64,000 bases of DNA from Terrimicrobiaceae bacterium (GCA_041752695.1 JBGSVZ010000001.1:1-64000), one strand, 5' to 3'. Positions 17,461 to 27,554 are shown, counted from the stretch's first letter. Notes: generated by a model not told the origin, from the letters alone. Made by a program: numbers and translations.

Positions 17461-18378
17461 TCAGGCCCACTCGAGGGTTGCCCCGCAATGCGGGCAGGGA
17501 TTCAAGCCGGGCTGGATGGCCCCGTTGCAAACCGGGCAGTTGGTCGTGAGGGTCATGGAAACCTTCCGGGAACGACCGGCTCCGCTGACGGGAGCGCCGG
17601 CGCCGGCTTCGAAGTTCTCTCCAATTTTGATGCCGGAGATTTCTTCAAATGGGATGTCCTCGACGAGGCGGTTGAGTTTGTCGTCTGCGGTCACGATGAC
17701 AATCGTGCCCTTGTTGCGGAAGTAGTAATAGAAAATGAAGGCCGGGATGGCGATAAACAGACCGCTCGCCGTGGCCATGAGCACTTCACCGATTCGGAGA
17801 GCCAGCGAGCGGGGGTCCGCCACGCCGGATTGACCGAGGACGGCGAACGCCCCCATCATACCAATAACCGTTCCAAGCAGCCCGATCATGGGCGCGATAA
17901 CTCCGATGACCGAAAGGTAACTGTTTTTGGTTTTCAGTTCCTGGCCTTCGCGGATGCCGTGTTCGATGAGGGCGTTTTCCACGGCGTCCTTACCGCGGCC
18001 GAGGCGTTCGAGAGCGCCGCGCAGGACCTTGGCGATATAGGCTTTGTTGGCGCGGCAGATTTCCCAAGCTTCCTGGTAGTTGCCGGCCTGGATGGTGGTG
18101 GCGAGGGATTCTTCGAGGGCTTTCGGGGCCAGTGTTTCGTCACGCATGGTGAGGAAGAGCTGGATGATGAAGGTGACCATGATGATGGAGGTGGCCAGAA
18201 TCGCCAGCCAGATCATGATGATGAGGGGCCCGCCATGAAGGATCGTTTGCAGCACGCTCATGGATTCCGGTGCGCCGGCGGCAGGCGCCCCTTCCGCGGC
18301 CCACACGGCGGTCGGTGCCGCTGCGAGCAGAAAGAGACAGGTCAGGATACGGGGAAGGATGGGGTGGTTTTTCTTCAT
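17461..18378 (-). CDS. exbB: MotA/TolQ/ExbB proton channel with C-terminal zinc ribbon
   Basis: IAPMIGLLGTVIGM and EVLMATASGLFIAIPA motifs; terminal CPVC-x10-CPHC. Confidence 0.88.
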   Translation of the reverse strand: MKKNHPILPRILTCLFLLAAAPTAVWAAEGAPAAGAPESMSVLQTILHGGPLIIMIWLAILATSIIMVTFIIQLFLTMRDETLAPKALEESLATTIQAGNYQEAWEICRANKAYIAKVLRGALERLGRGKDAVENALIEHGIREGQELKTKNSYLSVIGVIAPMIGLLGTVIGMMGAFAVLGQSGVADPRSLALRIGEVLMATASGLFIAIPAFIFYYYFRNKGTIVIVTADDKLNRLVEDIPFEEISGIKIGENFEAGAGAPVSGAGRSRKVSMTLTTNCPVCNGAIQPGLNPCPHCGATLEWA

Positions 18379-18405
18379 ATTAACGGGAAATCAGAGGGTG
18401 GGGTT

Positions 18406-19146
18406 TCAGGGGACGATGACTTGCTTTTCGATGAGAGCATTGGCGCGTTCCTGCGCTTTGGCCGCGATGGCCTTGTCCTCGTGGAACAAGGTGACAGCGC
18501 TGAGGTAATCGCGCAAGGCTTCAGGAAGGGCTCCTTCCGACTCGCGCACCATTCCCATCAAAAAGAAAGCCTGGCCATAGGTGGCGCTTTTGCCTGCTGG
18601 CGCAATGGTGATCTTCTCCGCTTCGACCACGATGGGGGAAAGTTTCGCCTTGGCGGTGGCAAAATCATTCTTGGAGACGGCGAGACGAGCCAGCCCGATA
18701 TCGGCGGCCGCTCCCGACTGCGGGTAGGCTTTTTGGAAGGCGGCGAAGGCCCCCTCGGCGGCGGGCACCTGATCCAGGGCGAGATAAACTTCCCCCAGCA
18801 AGGCGCTGGCGCGCTCCGCCCACGGAGTCGGCAGACCGCGGAAGGTATCGACCAGCGGTTTGAGGGTGGAGAGAGTTTTAGGGGCGTCGCCCGTCTGCCA
18901 GGCCGTGAGAGAGTCTTCGTAAGCTTTCGGGGCCGCTTTGGTCACGCTGGCGACCTGAGCCATCGGAATGCTGGTCTCAGCGGGGCCGATCTTGATTTTC
19001 AGATTGTCACCGGCAACCGCCAGAATCTGACCCTCGCGCCGCTGATTGTCCTTTTGCACAACGACGTCTTGGGCCCATAACTGGCCCGCGCAAAGGAGTG
19101 TGGCGCAAACGGTCGAAAGGAATCTGGGGGACACGCTTGATTTCAT
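18406..19146 (-). CDS. Secreted TPR-repeat protein
   Basis: Signal peptide; a beta-rich N-terminal domain; TPR-like helices (LLGEVY, YPQS, ALRDYLSAVTLF). First gene of the exbBDD operon. Confidence 0.65.
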   Translation of the reverse strand: MKSSVSPRFLSTVCATLLCAGQLWAQDVVVQKDNQRREGQILAVAGDNLKIKIGPAETSIPMAQVASVTKAAPKAYEDSLTAWQTGDAPKTLSTLKPLVDTFRGLPTPWAERASALLGEVYLALDQVPAAEGAFAAFQKAYPQSGAAADIGLARLAVSKNDFATAKAKLSPIVVEAEKITIAPAGKSATYGQAFFLMGMVRESEGALPEALRDYLSAVTLFHEDKAIAAKAQERANALIEKQVIVP

Positions 19147-19205
19147 TTTCTATCTGCTTTAATCACAACAGCCCCGCAAATCAACAGTTTCGGAACCCTT
19201 TTTCA

Positions 19206-20699
19206 ATGATCAACGTATTCCGCCTCCACCAGCGCAAACTCATGCTGGTTATCGCCATCCTCACCATCATCGCCTTTATCTGGCTCTATAACCCCTCCAA
19301 CCTGAGTGAATTGGGGGCCAATGAGGCCTATACGATCTATGGAAAACAGATCACGCAGGCCGACGTTCAGCGGGAGGCCAACAAATATTACCTCGCGATT
19401 GATCTGCAGCAACTTGAGCTGATCAGCGAGCTCACGGGCATGGCGCAGGATGAAAATCAGATGCTCGATGCCTTTGTGTGGAATCTTTTTGTCCTGCAAC
19501 ACGAAGCGCGCGAACTCGGCGTCGAGCCGACGGACAAGCAGGTCGCCGAGCGCATCATGGCGCTGCCGGTTTTTCAAACCAACGGCCAATACGATTCCTT
19601 CAAATACAATCAATTCGTCAGCGAAAAACTCGGGCCGCGCGGGTTCACCGTGCTGCAGCTTGAGGGCCTGATCAAAGATTCCCTGCGTCTCGAACTTCTC
19701 AAGGATGTGGTGGGTTCGCCCATTTCCGTGAGCCAGGCAGAGATCGGGGAGGCGGGACGCATTCTGCAAAAAGTGGACGTGCAGACGGTGAGCTTTCCCA
19801 TGGAGGCGGCCCGCACGTCGGTGACCGTGACGGAGGACGACATCAAGAATTTCTATAACCAGTATCAGAATTCTCCCTATCTGGTGGCGCCGGAAACCCG
19901 TTCGGTGGAACTGGTGGAGTTTGCCATGCCGGCCGATGCCAAACCTGCCGAGGGCAGGGAAAAGGTGGAGGCTCTGCAGAAGCTCGTGGATGCCGCCACG
20001 GCGTTTGCCGCAAAAGCCGGGTCTGGTCCCTTTGATCAGGCGGCGGGAGCCGCGGGATTGACCGTAGTGAAAACTCCGGAGTTCGACCGCACCGGTAAGG
20101 CGCGCGGGGAGACGACGGTGAATCTGACAGGGATCGCGCCTTCGGCGTTCCTTCTGAGCGAGACGGCATCAGTCAGCGATCCCATCCAGGTGGAAGATAA
20201 ATTTTATGTGGTCAGACTCGTGACGATCAATCCGCAGCGGGGCCTCACGCTGGAAGAAGCGCGTCCGCTGGCGGAGGTGCAGATCCGGGGGATGAAGGCG
20301 GGGGAAATGTTGCGGCAGACGGCCGATGTTTCGCTGGCGAAGATCCGCGAGGCCATGGCCGGTGGAAAAACCTTTACGGACGCGGCGACGGTAGCGGGCT
20401 TGAAAGTGGACACCCTCACGGCCGTGTCCCCGATGGGCGCGGCTCCCGATCAACAGGCCATCATGAGGGCTTCCTTGCTGATGGAGCCTGGGCAACTCTC
20501 GGGATTCGTTCCTGGCATGGACGGGGGATACGCGGTGTTTCTGGCCGCCCGTGCGCCGCTTGATCCTGCCGCTCTGGCCCGCCAGAAGGAGGAAATCGAG
20601 CCCGGTATTTCGGAAGGCAAACGACGGATGTTGTTTGTTTCCTGGTTGGCCGCCGCGCGCGATGCCGCAAAAATCGGCCGCGTGACCCACGGTCAGTAG
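19206..20699 (+). CDS. SurA N-terminal/PpiD-like periplasmic chaperone
   Basis: N-terminal TM anchor, EARELGV.PTD..V...I...PVFQTNGQYD...Y, and PETRSV...F patterns. Confidence 0.75.
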   Translation: MINVFRLHQRKLMLVIAILTIIAFIWLYNPSNLSELGANEAYTIYGKQITQADVQREANKYYLAIDLQQLELISELTGMAQDENQMLDAFVWNLFVLQHEARELGVEPTDKQVAERIMALPVFQTNGQYDSFKYNQFVSEKLGPRGFTVLQLEGLIKDSLRLELLKDVVGSPISVSQAEIGEAGRILQKVDVQTVSFPMEAARTSVTVTEDDIKNFYNQYQNSPYLVAPETRSVELVEFAMPADAKPAEGREKVEALQKLVDAATAFAAKAGSGPFDQAAGAAGLTVVKTPEFDRTGKARGETTVNLTGIAPSAFLLSETASVSDPIQVEDKFYVVRLVTINPQRGLTLEEARPLAEVQIRGMKAGEMLRQTADVSLAKIREAMAGGKTFTDAATVAGLKVDTLTAVSPMGAAPDQQAIMRASLLMEPGQLSGFVPGMDGGYAVFLAARAPLDPAALARQKEEIEPGISEGKRRMLFVSWLAAARDAAKIGRVTHGQ

Positions 20700-20703
20700 C
20701 GTG

Positions 20704-21045
20704 ATGTCCGACCCGGTTCAGGCGGCGGAGATCTTCGAAGACGCCACGGGAGATATTGCGCTCGGGGACCTCGACGCCGCAGTCGCGAAATACAGGGACT
20801 GCGTCCGGCTGGATCCCGGTTTTTTTGATGCCTGGCATGCCTTGGGCATGGCGTTGATGAAATCCGGCCACTACCCCGAGGCCATCGAAGCGGGTCTCAA
20901 GGCCGTGGAACTCAATCCCAACGACCAACTGGCATGGTCGAGTCTCTCGCTATTTTACGTCCGCAACGGTCAGATCCCCGAAGCCGAGGCAGCGGGGGGC
21001 AAAGCGAAAGTGCTTTCCTGGGGAGGGAAGATTCGGAGGGAATAA
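20704..21045 (+). CDS. Small TPR protein
   Basis: LDPGFFDAWHALGMAL and AVELNPND TPR consensus. Confidence 0.8.
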   Translation: MSDPVQAAEIFEDATGDIALGDLDAAVAKYRDCVRLDPGFFDAWHALGMALMKSGHYPEAIEAGLKAVELNPNDQLAWSSLSLFYVRNGQIPEAEAAGGKAKVLSWGGKIRRE

Positions 21046-21046
21046 A

Positions 21047-21080
21047 TTTTACAGAAGGCAACGAAGGAAACGAAAAAAAG
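21047..21080 (+). repeat. Short imperfect 9-mer repeat (ACAGAAGGC AACGAAGGA AACGAAAAA)
   Basis: Seen directly in the intergenic DNA upstream of metG. Confidence 0.4.
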
Positions 21081-21129
21081 CGGAGTCTTTGTTCCCGGAT
21101 TTTTTCCGCTATAGCTCGAGAGCATTTTC

Positions 21130-22704
21130 ATGAAGCCATTTTTTATCACGACAGCCATCGACTACACCAACGGCGCGCCGCACATCGGGCATGCGTACGA
21201 AAAGGTGCTGGCCGATGTGGTGGCCCGGTATCACCGCCTGAAGGGACGGGAGGTCTATTTTCTTACCGGGGTGGATCAGCATGGACAGAAGGTTCAGCAA
21301 TCGGCGGAGAAAATGAGCGTGGCGCCGAAAGAGTTTGTCGATGGGATCACGGCGAAGTTTGTCGCCCTGTGGGAAAAGTTGGACATCACGTATGATGCGT
21401 GGGCGGCGACGACGGACCCGAGGCACACCGCGTGTGTGCAAAAAATCCTCACCCGACTCAATGCCGAGGGGCAGATTTACAAAGACAAGCGCGGGGGATT
21501 TTACAGCGTACGCCAGGAACAGTTCCTTACGGACAAGGAGCGCAATGAGGCCGGGGAGTTCGGGCCGGAATGGGGCGAGGTGGAGTTCCGCGAGGAGGAG
21601 AACTATTATTTCAAGCTGGCGGAACACAAGCAGTGGTTGCTTGATCTGATTGACGGGCGCAGCGCCGCCGGCACGCCTCTGGTGGTCCCGGATTTTCGCG
21701 TGGCCGAGCTCCGCAATGCGGTGGAAAAACTGGAAGGGGATCTCTGCATATCGCGTCCCAAATCCCGACTGGCCTGGGGAATCGAGTTTCCCTTCGATCC
21801 GGATTTTGTGACCTACGTCTGGTTTGACGCCCTGGTCAATTACATCAGCTTTGTGCCGGGCTACGACCCAACCGCCGGGGCTGATTTGGCCGAGTTTCGA
21901 AAATGGTGGCCTGCGGTGCATGTGATTGGGAAGGACATTCTCATTCCCGCGCATGGCGTCTATTGGCCGATCATGCTAAAGGGGCTTGGTTTTGCGGACG
22001 AAGAAATTCCGCCCCTGCTGGTTCACGGCTGGTGGAACATCGCCGGGGCCAAGATGAGCAAAAGTCTGGGCAACAGTGTGGACCCCGACGCGCTGGCGGA
22101 CAAATACGGAGCCGAGGCCCTGCGGTATTATGTGATGAGCGACATAACGACCGGCCGTGATGCGGATTTTTCCGAGGAGCGGCTGGTGCAGCGCTACAAT
22201 ACGGACCTGGCGAACAGCCTGGGCAACTTGCTGAACCGGACCCTGAGCATGACGGCGAAATACCGGGAGGGTGTGCTCGCGCTCGGAGATGAAGGGACGC
22301 GGGAAAGAGGAGACGCGGCGAGTACGGAGGCCGTGAAGGTTTATGTTTCGGCGCTGGATCGATTTGCGGTGGATACCGCGCTGGAGGCGGCGGGCTCGTT
22401 GGCGACCTGGTGTAATGGACTGGTGGAAGAAACCGCGCCCTGGAAGATAGCGAAGGACCCCGCCCAGGCGGCGAAACTCGATTCCGTTCTCTACACTTTG
22501 GCGGAATCCCTGCGTATCATTGCCGTCTTGATCTCGCCGGTGCTCCCCAAGGCGGCCGCGGGGATTTTGGCGCAATTGCAATGGGAGAAACCGTGTTCCT
22601 GGAACGAGACACGCTGGGGTGGTCTTCCCAATGGACATCAGCTGGGCAAACCCTCGCCACTCTTCCCGCGCATTGAGGCTGAGGTCAAACCCACGGAGGG
22701 CTAG
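21130..22704 (+). CDS. metG: Methionine--tRNA ligase
   Basis: YTNGAPHIGH, TGVDQHG, YVWFDALVNY, IGKDIL and KMSKS motifs. Confidence 0.96.
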   Translation: MKPFFITTAIDYTNGAPHIGHAYEKVLADVVARYHRLKGREVYFLTGVDQHGQKVQQSAEKMSVAPKEFVDGITAKFVALWEKLDITYDAWAATTDPRHTACVQKILTRLNAEGQIYKDKRGGFYSVRQEQFLTDKERNEAGEFGPEWGEVEFREEENYYFKLAEHKQWLLDLIDGRSAAGTPLVVPDFRVAELRNAVEKLEGDLCISRPKSRLAWGIEFPFDPDFVTYVWFDALVNYISFVPGYDPTAGADLAEFRKWWPAVHVIGKDILIPAHGVYWPIMLKGLGFADEEIPPLLVHGWWNIAGAKMSKSLGNSVDPDALADKYGAEALRYYVMSDITTGRDADFSEERLVQRYNTDLANSLGNLLNRTLSMTAKYREGVLALGDEGTRERGDAASTEAVKVYVSALDRFAVDTALEAAGSLATWCNGLVEETAPWKIAKDPAQAAKLDSVLYTLAESLRIIAVLISPVLPKAAAGILAQLQWEKPCSWNETRWGGLPNGHQLGKPSPLFPRIEAEVKPTEG

Positions 22705-22720
22705 GGCCAGCCGTCCCTAC
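22693..22720 (-). repeat. Solo GTAG REP copy overlapping the metG stop
   Basis: Minus strand GTAGGGACGGCTGGCCCTAGCCCTCCGT has the same GTAGG-stem-loop-CCGT architecture as the RAYT-flanking REPs. Confidence 0.6.
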
Positions 22721-22733
22721 CATTTCTTGCGCG

Positions 22734-23705
22734 GTGGAAGTTCCTTCGCCAACTTTGCGGCAGCGGCTGGAATATTTCGGGCTGAATACCCTGGTTCGGA
22801 TGGTTGGCGCTTTGCCTTATGGAGCCTTGCGTCCGCTGGCGAATTTTCTGGGGGGTGCGGTTTATATTTTTGATGAACGGGGCCGGCAGGTGGCAATGGC
22901 AAACCTGGACGCCGCCTTTGGCGACTCCTTTTCGCGGGAACGAAAAAAAGAAATTGCCCGGGGAAGCTACCAGACCTTTGCCCGCACGATGCTGGAGCTC
23001 TTTTGGTCGCCCGGCTTCACCCGCGAATTTGCGGATCGCATGGTGGTTTGTGAAGGACTCGACCGCGCGGAATGCCACCGGGATCCCGAGGCTGCGGTGG
23101 TCTATCCGTGCCTGCATTTTTCGAACTTCGAATGGCTCGGCCAGTATTGCTCGTACGCGATCACCCCCGGCCCGATCATTACGCAAAAGTTCAAAAATCC
23201 GCTCATCGGTCCGATCTTCAGCCGCCTGCGCGCGAGTTCGGGTCATCAAATCATGGCGCAGGAACGGGCGATGATCCGGATGTTCAAACACCTGCAGGGC
23301 GGCGGAAAGTTCGGGGTGTTGGCCGATCTCAATCTCGATCCCGATGAAGGTAGTGTGATGGTGAACACCTTTGGTGGTCTGAAGGTGAGTATGACACAAA
23401 TCCATGCCGCCCTTGCCGTGCGGACCGGCGCCAAGATCGTTCCGTGTGTATGCCGTCCGCTGCCGGACGGTCGCTATCGCATGGTGTATCACCCTCCTCT
23501 CGAATATCCGTCCGATGCGACGCCGGCGCAGATCACGCAGCTCTGTTGGGATGTGCTGGAACCTTCCATTCGCGAGCAGCCCGAGTGCTGGCTCTGGTCC
23601 TACAAACACTGGCGTTTCCGGCCCACGGGTGATGCTTCCGGGCGGTATCCGTTTTATGCCAATCCTGCCAAACGGTTCGATAAACTCCTGAAAAAGCATG
23701 CCTGA
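22734..23705 (+). CDS. Lipid A biosynthesis acyltransferase (LpxL/HtrB family)
   Basis: ANL..AF, HFSNFE (HxxxxE) and PECWLWSYKHWR motifs. Confidence 0.85.
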   Translation: MEVPSPTLRQRLEYFGLNTLVRMVGALPYGALRPLANFLGGAVYIFDERGRQVAMANLDAAFGDSFSRERKKEIARGSYQTFARTMLELFWSPGFTREFADRMVVCEGLDRAECHRDPEAAVVYPCLHFSNFEWLGQYCSYAITPGPIITQKFKNPLIGPIFSRLRASSGHQIMAQERAMIRMFKHLQGGGKFGVLADLNLDPDEGSVMVNTFGGLKVSMTQIHAALAVRTGAKIVPCVCRPLPDGRYRMVYHPPLEYPSDATPAQITQLCWDVLEPSIREQPECWLWSYKHWRFRPTGDASGRYPFYANPAKRFDKLLKKHA

Positions 23706-24501
23706 CCTTCCTCCGTGGATTCCCCTTTGGCCCACCGCTCCGCTGGCGCGGGGCAGTGCGGAACACGACATTCCTGCCGTCCGCCATTTTTCACCCACCT
23801 CAGCCAAAAATGGCGCGGCGATGCTGGTTCTGCCGGGTGGGGGATATGGGGCTCTCGCTGCGCATGAAGGTGAGGTTTTTTGCCGATGGTTTGCCGGGTT
23901 GGGGTATCATGCGTTTGAGTTGCGCTATCGTCTCGCCCCGCATGGCTACCGGCATCCGGTGATGTGGATGGATGCCACGCGGGCGATGCGGGTGGTGCGT
24001 TCCCTGGCGGCCGCCGAAGGCTTTAAAGAGGATAAGGTTGGCATCATCGGCTGCTCCGCTGGCGGTCACCTCGCAGCCCATGTCACGGTGAAAAATAATG
24101 GCGGCGATCCGGGTGCGACGGATCCTGCCGAACGGTTCAGTTCGCGGCCCGCCCTTTCGGTTTTATGTTATCCCGTGATTACAATGACCGCCGCTTCGGT
24201 GCATCGTGGCTCACGAACGAATTTGCTAGGGGAGGAGAGTGCGGAGGATCTGCGGGCGGAGGTCTCACCGGAACTTCTGGTGAGCGGTTTCACCCCGCCC
24301 TGTTTTGTCTGGCATACGGTCGAGGATTCGGTGGTGGAGGTGGAAAACAGCGTCGATTTTGCGATGGCGCTGCGCCGCGCCGGGGTGCGGTTTGAGTTGC
24401 ATCTTTACGAGAAAGGCCCACACGGCATCGGCCTGGCCGACGGCCATCCCTGGACGGTGGAGTGCGCACGCTGGATGAGCGAAACTTTTGCTTTGCTGTA
24501 A
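23698..24501 (+). CDS. Alpha/beta hydrolase (acetyl esterase-like)
   Basis: PGGGY, GCSAGGHLA, YPVI, D and GPHGIG motifs. Confidence 0.85.
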   Translation: MPDLPPWIPLWPTAPLARGSAEHDIPAVRHFSPTSAKNGAAMLVLPGGGYGALAAHEGEVFCRWFAGLGYHAFELRYRLAPHGYRHPVMWMDATRAMRVVRSLAAAEGFKEDKVGIIGCSAGGHLAAHVTVKNNGGDPGATDPAERFSSRPALSVLCYPVITMTAASVHRGSRTNLLGEESAEDLRAEVSPELLVSGFTPPCFVWHTVEDSVVEVENSVDFAMALRRAGVRFELHLYEKGPHGIGLADGHPWTVECARWMSETFALL

Positions 24502-24504
24502 CAA

Positions 24505-24540
24505 CAAAAACGCCGCGGTGTTTCCACCGCGGCGTTTTTG
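24505..24540. terminator. Bidirectional intrinsic terminator
   Basis: caaaaacgccgcggtg-tttc-caccgcggcgtttttg between convergent genes. Confidence 0.9.
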
Positions 24541-24554
24541 TAAGTTCGGATCAG

Positions 24555-26252
24555 CTAGTCCTTCTTTTTCTTGTCGTCGGAATCGTCCGACTTTTTGTTT
24601 TTTTTCTGAGCCTTTTGAGGCTGCGCCTGCTGTTGCTGTTGCTGCTGAGGGCGGTTGGCGGAGCGGTTCTCCTGCCTTTGCTGAGGCTGGGCCTCCTGGC
24701 GTTTTTGTTGCTGGGGGCGTTGCACATTTTGGCGGGCCTGCTCACGTTCGACCTGACGGGTCTGGGGCTGGCGCACTTGCTGCTGCTGGGCCTTGGGCTT
24801 TTCAGCCTTGGGTTCCTGGCGCTCGGAGCGTTGCTGGCGTTCGGCCCGGTTGCTTTGCGGGGCTGGGGCGGGATCCACTTGACGTTTGGCGACGGAGGGT
24901 CGCTCGGAGGGCCGGTCGGCCTGGTTCGCCTTGTTCTGGCGTTCCTCGGCCTGTTCACGAGTGTTCTGGGTAGCCTCGCGGCGGGGTTCATCCATCTTTT
25001 CCGATTTGCGGGTTTGCCGTGGCGTTTCGATCTGATCTTTCACCCGGGGCGCTTCCGTCGGGGTTTTCCGACGCAGTTCCTGGCGTTCCGCAGCGGCAAC
25101 CGCCGGAGCGTTGGGCCGGACATTCTCACGGTCCTTCCGGGCTTCGCTCACGGGAGCGTCGTTGTCCGGACGGTTGTCGCGGTTTTCGGCTTTGGCGGTG
25201 CGTTTGAACGCGGCCTCCCGCAGTTCCAATTTTTTCGGGTTGGGCAGGGCCTCGCGGCGTGCGGCGGCCTGGGTTTTCTCCGACAGCTTGCCATTGTTAT
25301 TGCGGCGTTCTGTGCGGATCAGTTCACGGGTGGCACGGGCTTCGGCCGTGGTGAAACGGACGTTGCCATTGCCGTTTTTCTGGCGTTGTTCGATCTGGCG
25401 CCGGCTGCGGTTGCTGGGGTTCCATTGGGTGGCATTATTAATATTCACCACGTTCACATTGGTGTTTTTCACCACCGTGTTGTTGACGTAGGTGTCACCG
25501 CCATTCCAACCGCGACCTCCGCGATTCCAGCCGATCCAGTCGCCTCGATAAACTCCACGACGGCCCCAATCGCAGTCGTAGTTCATCCACGAACCCACGG
25601 CGAATCCAAAGCCGAAGGTGATGAACGGCGTGTAGCCAGGGGAATAGGACTCGACGAAGATTACCTCGGGATCGTATTGCGGGACGTAGATGATTTCGGG
25701 GTCAGCCGGAACGATGCGGATGAATTCTTCCTGCACCACGACCTTCTGTTGCGGCGTGTCGGCGAGTGCGCCGGAAGCCCGGGCTTGCGCACGCAGGCTT
25801 TGGATCGCGTTCATCACGTCGGCGGGCTGATCCATGAAGGCCTCGCCCACGGAGGCGGTCCATTCGAGGTTTTCATTCATCCAGCTCAGCACGTCGGGGT
25901 AATAGACCAGCGATTTCACGCTGTCGTCCCAGGGCTGGTTGCCAGCCTGGCCGGGGTCGCCCTTGCCCTCCACAAAACGCGAACCGAGAACCACGTCCGC
26001 AGGCACCGTGGAGGCAGGCAGGATGATGGCAATCAGGGCGTCGGGGTAAAGTGCGATGGGTCCGAGCAGTTCGCGCAAATCGTCCTGATTAAGCAGGGCT
26101 TGGGCACCGGGCTGAACTTGCTGCGGTGCGCCGGGAGGGGGATTTTGCGCGTAGGCGGGGAGTGCCGACCAGCAGAGGGCACCGGCAAGCAGAGCTCTGC
26201 CGATGTTCTGCCTTGCGGCGGGAGTGAAGTACGAGGGTTGGATCTTTTTCAT
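24555..26252 (-). CDS. DUF3300 domain protein with long charged/Gln-rich disordered tail
   Basis: Signal peptide; LGPIALYPDAL, WDDSVKSL, DVMNAIQ.LR.A and PADPEIIYVPQYDP motifs. Confidence 0.85.
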   Translation of the reverse strand: MKKIQPSYFTPAARQNIGRALLAGALCWSALPAYAQNPPPGAPQQVQPGAQALLNQDDLRELLGPIALYPDALIAIILPASTVPADVVLGSRFVEGKGDPGQAGNQPWDDSVKSLVYYPDVLSWMNENLEWTASVGEAFMDQPADVMNAIQSLRAQARASGALADTPQQKVVVQEEFIRIVPADPEIIYVPQYDPEVIFVESYSPGYTPFITFGFGFAVGSWMNYDCDWGRRGVYRGDWIGWNRGGRGWNGGDTYVNNTVVKNTNVNVVNINNATQWNPSNRSRRQIEQRQKNGNGNVRFTTAEARATRELIRTERRNNNGKLSEKTQAAARREALPNPKKLELREAAFKRTAKAENRDNRPDNDAPVSEARKDRENVRPNAPAVAAAERQELRRKTPTEAPRVKDQIETPRQTRKSEKMDEPRREATQNTREQAEERQNKANQADRPSERPSVAKRQVDPAPAPQSNRAERQQRSERQEPKAEKPKAQQQQVRQPQTRQVEREQARQNVQRPQQQKRQEAQPQQRQENRSANRPQQQQQQQAQPQKAQKKNKKSDDSDDKKKKD

Positions 26253-26266
26253 GACTTTGAAGGTAT

Positions 26267-26292
26267 GACGGTAGTGTATCGCCCTTTATTCA
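26267..26292 (-). promoter_or_regulatory. Candidate ECF-sigma promoter TGAATAA-N15-CGTC
   Basis: 14 nt upstream of the DUF3300 ATG; the same motif and spacing recur at 31281-31306. Confidence 0.5.
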
Positions 26293-26357
26293 ATTGGAGC
26301 GCGGTTATTCGGCCCTGAGAACGGGGTCGGGGAAAACCTGATGCCGGAAACCGGCGG

Positions 26358-26960
26358 TCATTCGTCCCGGAGGGCGGGGTGTTTGGCGACCAGCGCGAGG
26401 GATTTTTCGAGGAGGGACTTGCCGGGTTCCATACGGTGCCAGGTTGAGGCCCCGGAGGGATGGGGGAGCGGGATGACGTCCACGGGCCCATGGGCGCGGG
26501 AGAGCTTCCAGGTCTGCCCGACCACGGAGGCGAGCGAATCGAATTCGAGAAACTGCGCGATGGCAAGTTTGCCAACGGGGAGGACGAGGGTGGGCCGGAG
26601 GAGGGCGAACTCCCGGTCAAGCCACTGCGCGCAATTGGCAATTTCGACCTCGTTCGGTACCCGGTCACCGCCCTTGGGGTTTTTGCCGGGAAAACAGCGG
26701 CAGACCGCCGCGAAATAGATGCGCCTGCGGGTTGTCTCCTCGTCCCAACCGGTGGCGCGTTCCAACCAGCGGAAGAGGGTTTTTCCGGCGGTCCAGGCGA
26801 AGGGTCTTCCGAGAAGGGGTTCCTTCACGCCAGGAGCCTGACCGACCAGGAGGATGCGGCTGGCCACGGGACGTCCGACAACCACAGGCTTGAACATGGC
26901 CGGACAGCGGCGGCAAGCGGAAAGGGCACGAAGGTGGGCGGGAATGTCAGTTGCGGCCAT
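26358..26960 (-). CDS. Uracil-DNA glycosylase family protein
   Basis: CRRC, LLVGQAPG, PF, CRCFP and LPHPSG motifs. Confidence 0.85.
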   Translation of the reverse strand: MAATDIPAHLRALSACRRCPAMFKPVVVGRPVASRILLVGQAPGVKEPLLGRPFAWTAGKTLFRWLERATGWDEETTRRRIYFAAVCRCFPGKNPKGGDRVPNEVEIANCAQWLDREFALLRPTLVLPVGKLAIAQFLEFDSLASVVGQTWKLSRAHGPVDVIPLPHPSGASTWHRMEPGKSLLEKSLALVAKHPALRDE

Positions 26961-26963
26961 GGG

Positions 26964-27470
26964 TCAGCCGAAAAGAAAACGGAGCATACTCACCGCCATG
27001 TATCCGGCGGCCAGCGCGGCGACAAGCACGCCGATGACAATCACCGAGAGAAGGCCAATCAGGAACGCCCAGTCCCCTGCGGTGGACGAGCGCCGTGAGG
27101 CGGCGTGTTTTTGCAGGAGGGTGTAGTTTTTTTGGTTGGATTTGAACCACGCGGAAAAGAGATCGCCGATGCCAGGGATGGCGCCGACCAGGGCGTTGAG
27201 GAGGATGTTGGCCGCCATGCGGGCGATCACCACGCGGGAAACGCCGGCCCGCAGGGCCTGAAAGAGGATGAGGGAGGCGAAGGCGCTGGTGGAGGCATCG
27301 CCGATCCCCGGAATGAGACCGATGAGAGGATCCAGGCCAACGCGATATTTGGTGCCGGGAATCGGCAGAAGGTCGTCGAGGAGGAAGGCGAGCAAGCGCG
27401 AAAAGTCGTTTTCGCGAGGCTTCTCGGGAGGCAGGACCTCAAATTCCACTTCGCGAGTTTCCGTTTTCAT
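26964..27470 (-). CDS. DUF4112 membrane protein
   Basis: LLDD..PIPGT..RVGLDPLIGLIPGIGD...GAIPGIGD..FKSN pattern. Confidence 0.85.
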   Translation of the reverse strand: MKTETREVEFEVLPPEKPRENDFSRLLAFLLDDLLPIPGTKYRVGLDPLIGLIPGIGDASTSAFASLILFQALRAGVSRVVIARMAANILLNALVGAIPGIGDLFSAWFKSNQKNYTLLQKHAASRRSSTAGDWAFLIGLLSVIVIGVLVAALAAGYMAVSMLRFLFG

Positions 27471-27554
27471 GCCGCATTCATCGCACGGGGTCAGCGCGCT
27501 GCAAGTCACATTGCCGCTTTTCGTCCGGAGAAGTTTCCGCTAGGGAAGGGCGCG

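Noticed and set aside
17488..19080. 530-aa plus-strand ORF
   Set aside because: Antisense to exbB and the TPR gene; a GC-rich codon-bias artefact.
24462..26318. 618-aa plus-strand ORF
   Set aside because: Antisense shadow of the low-complexity DUF3300 gene, with no recognisable motifs.
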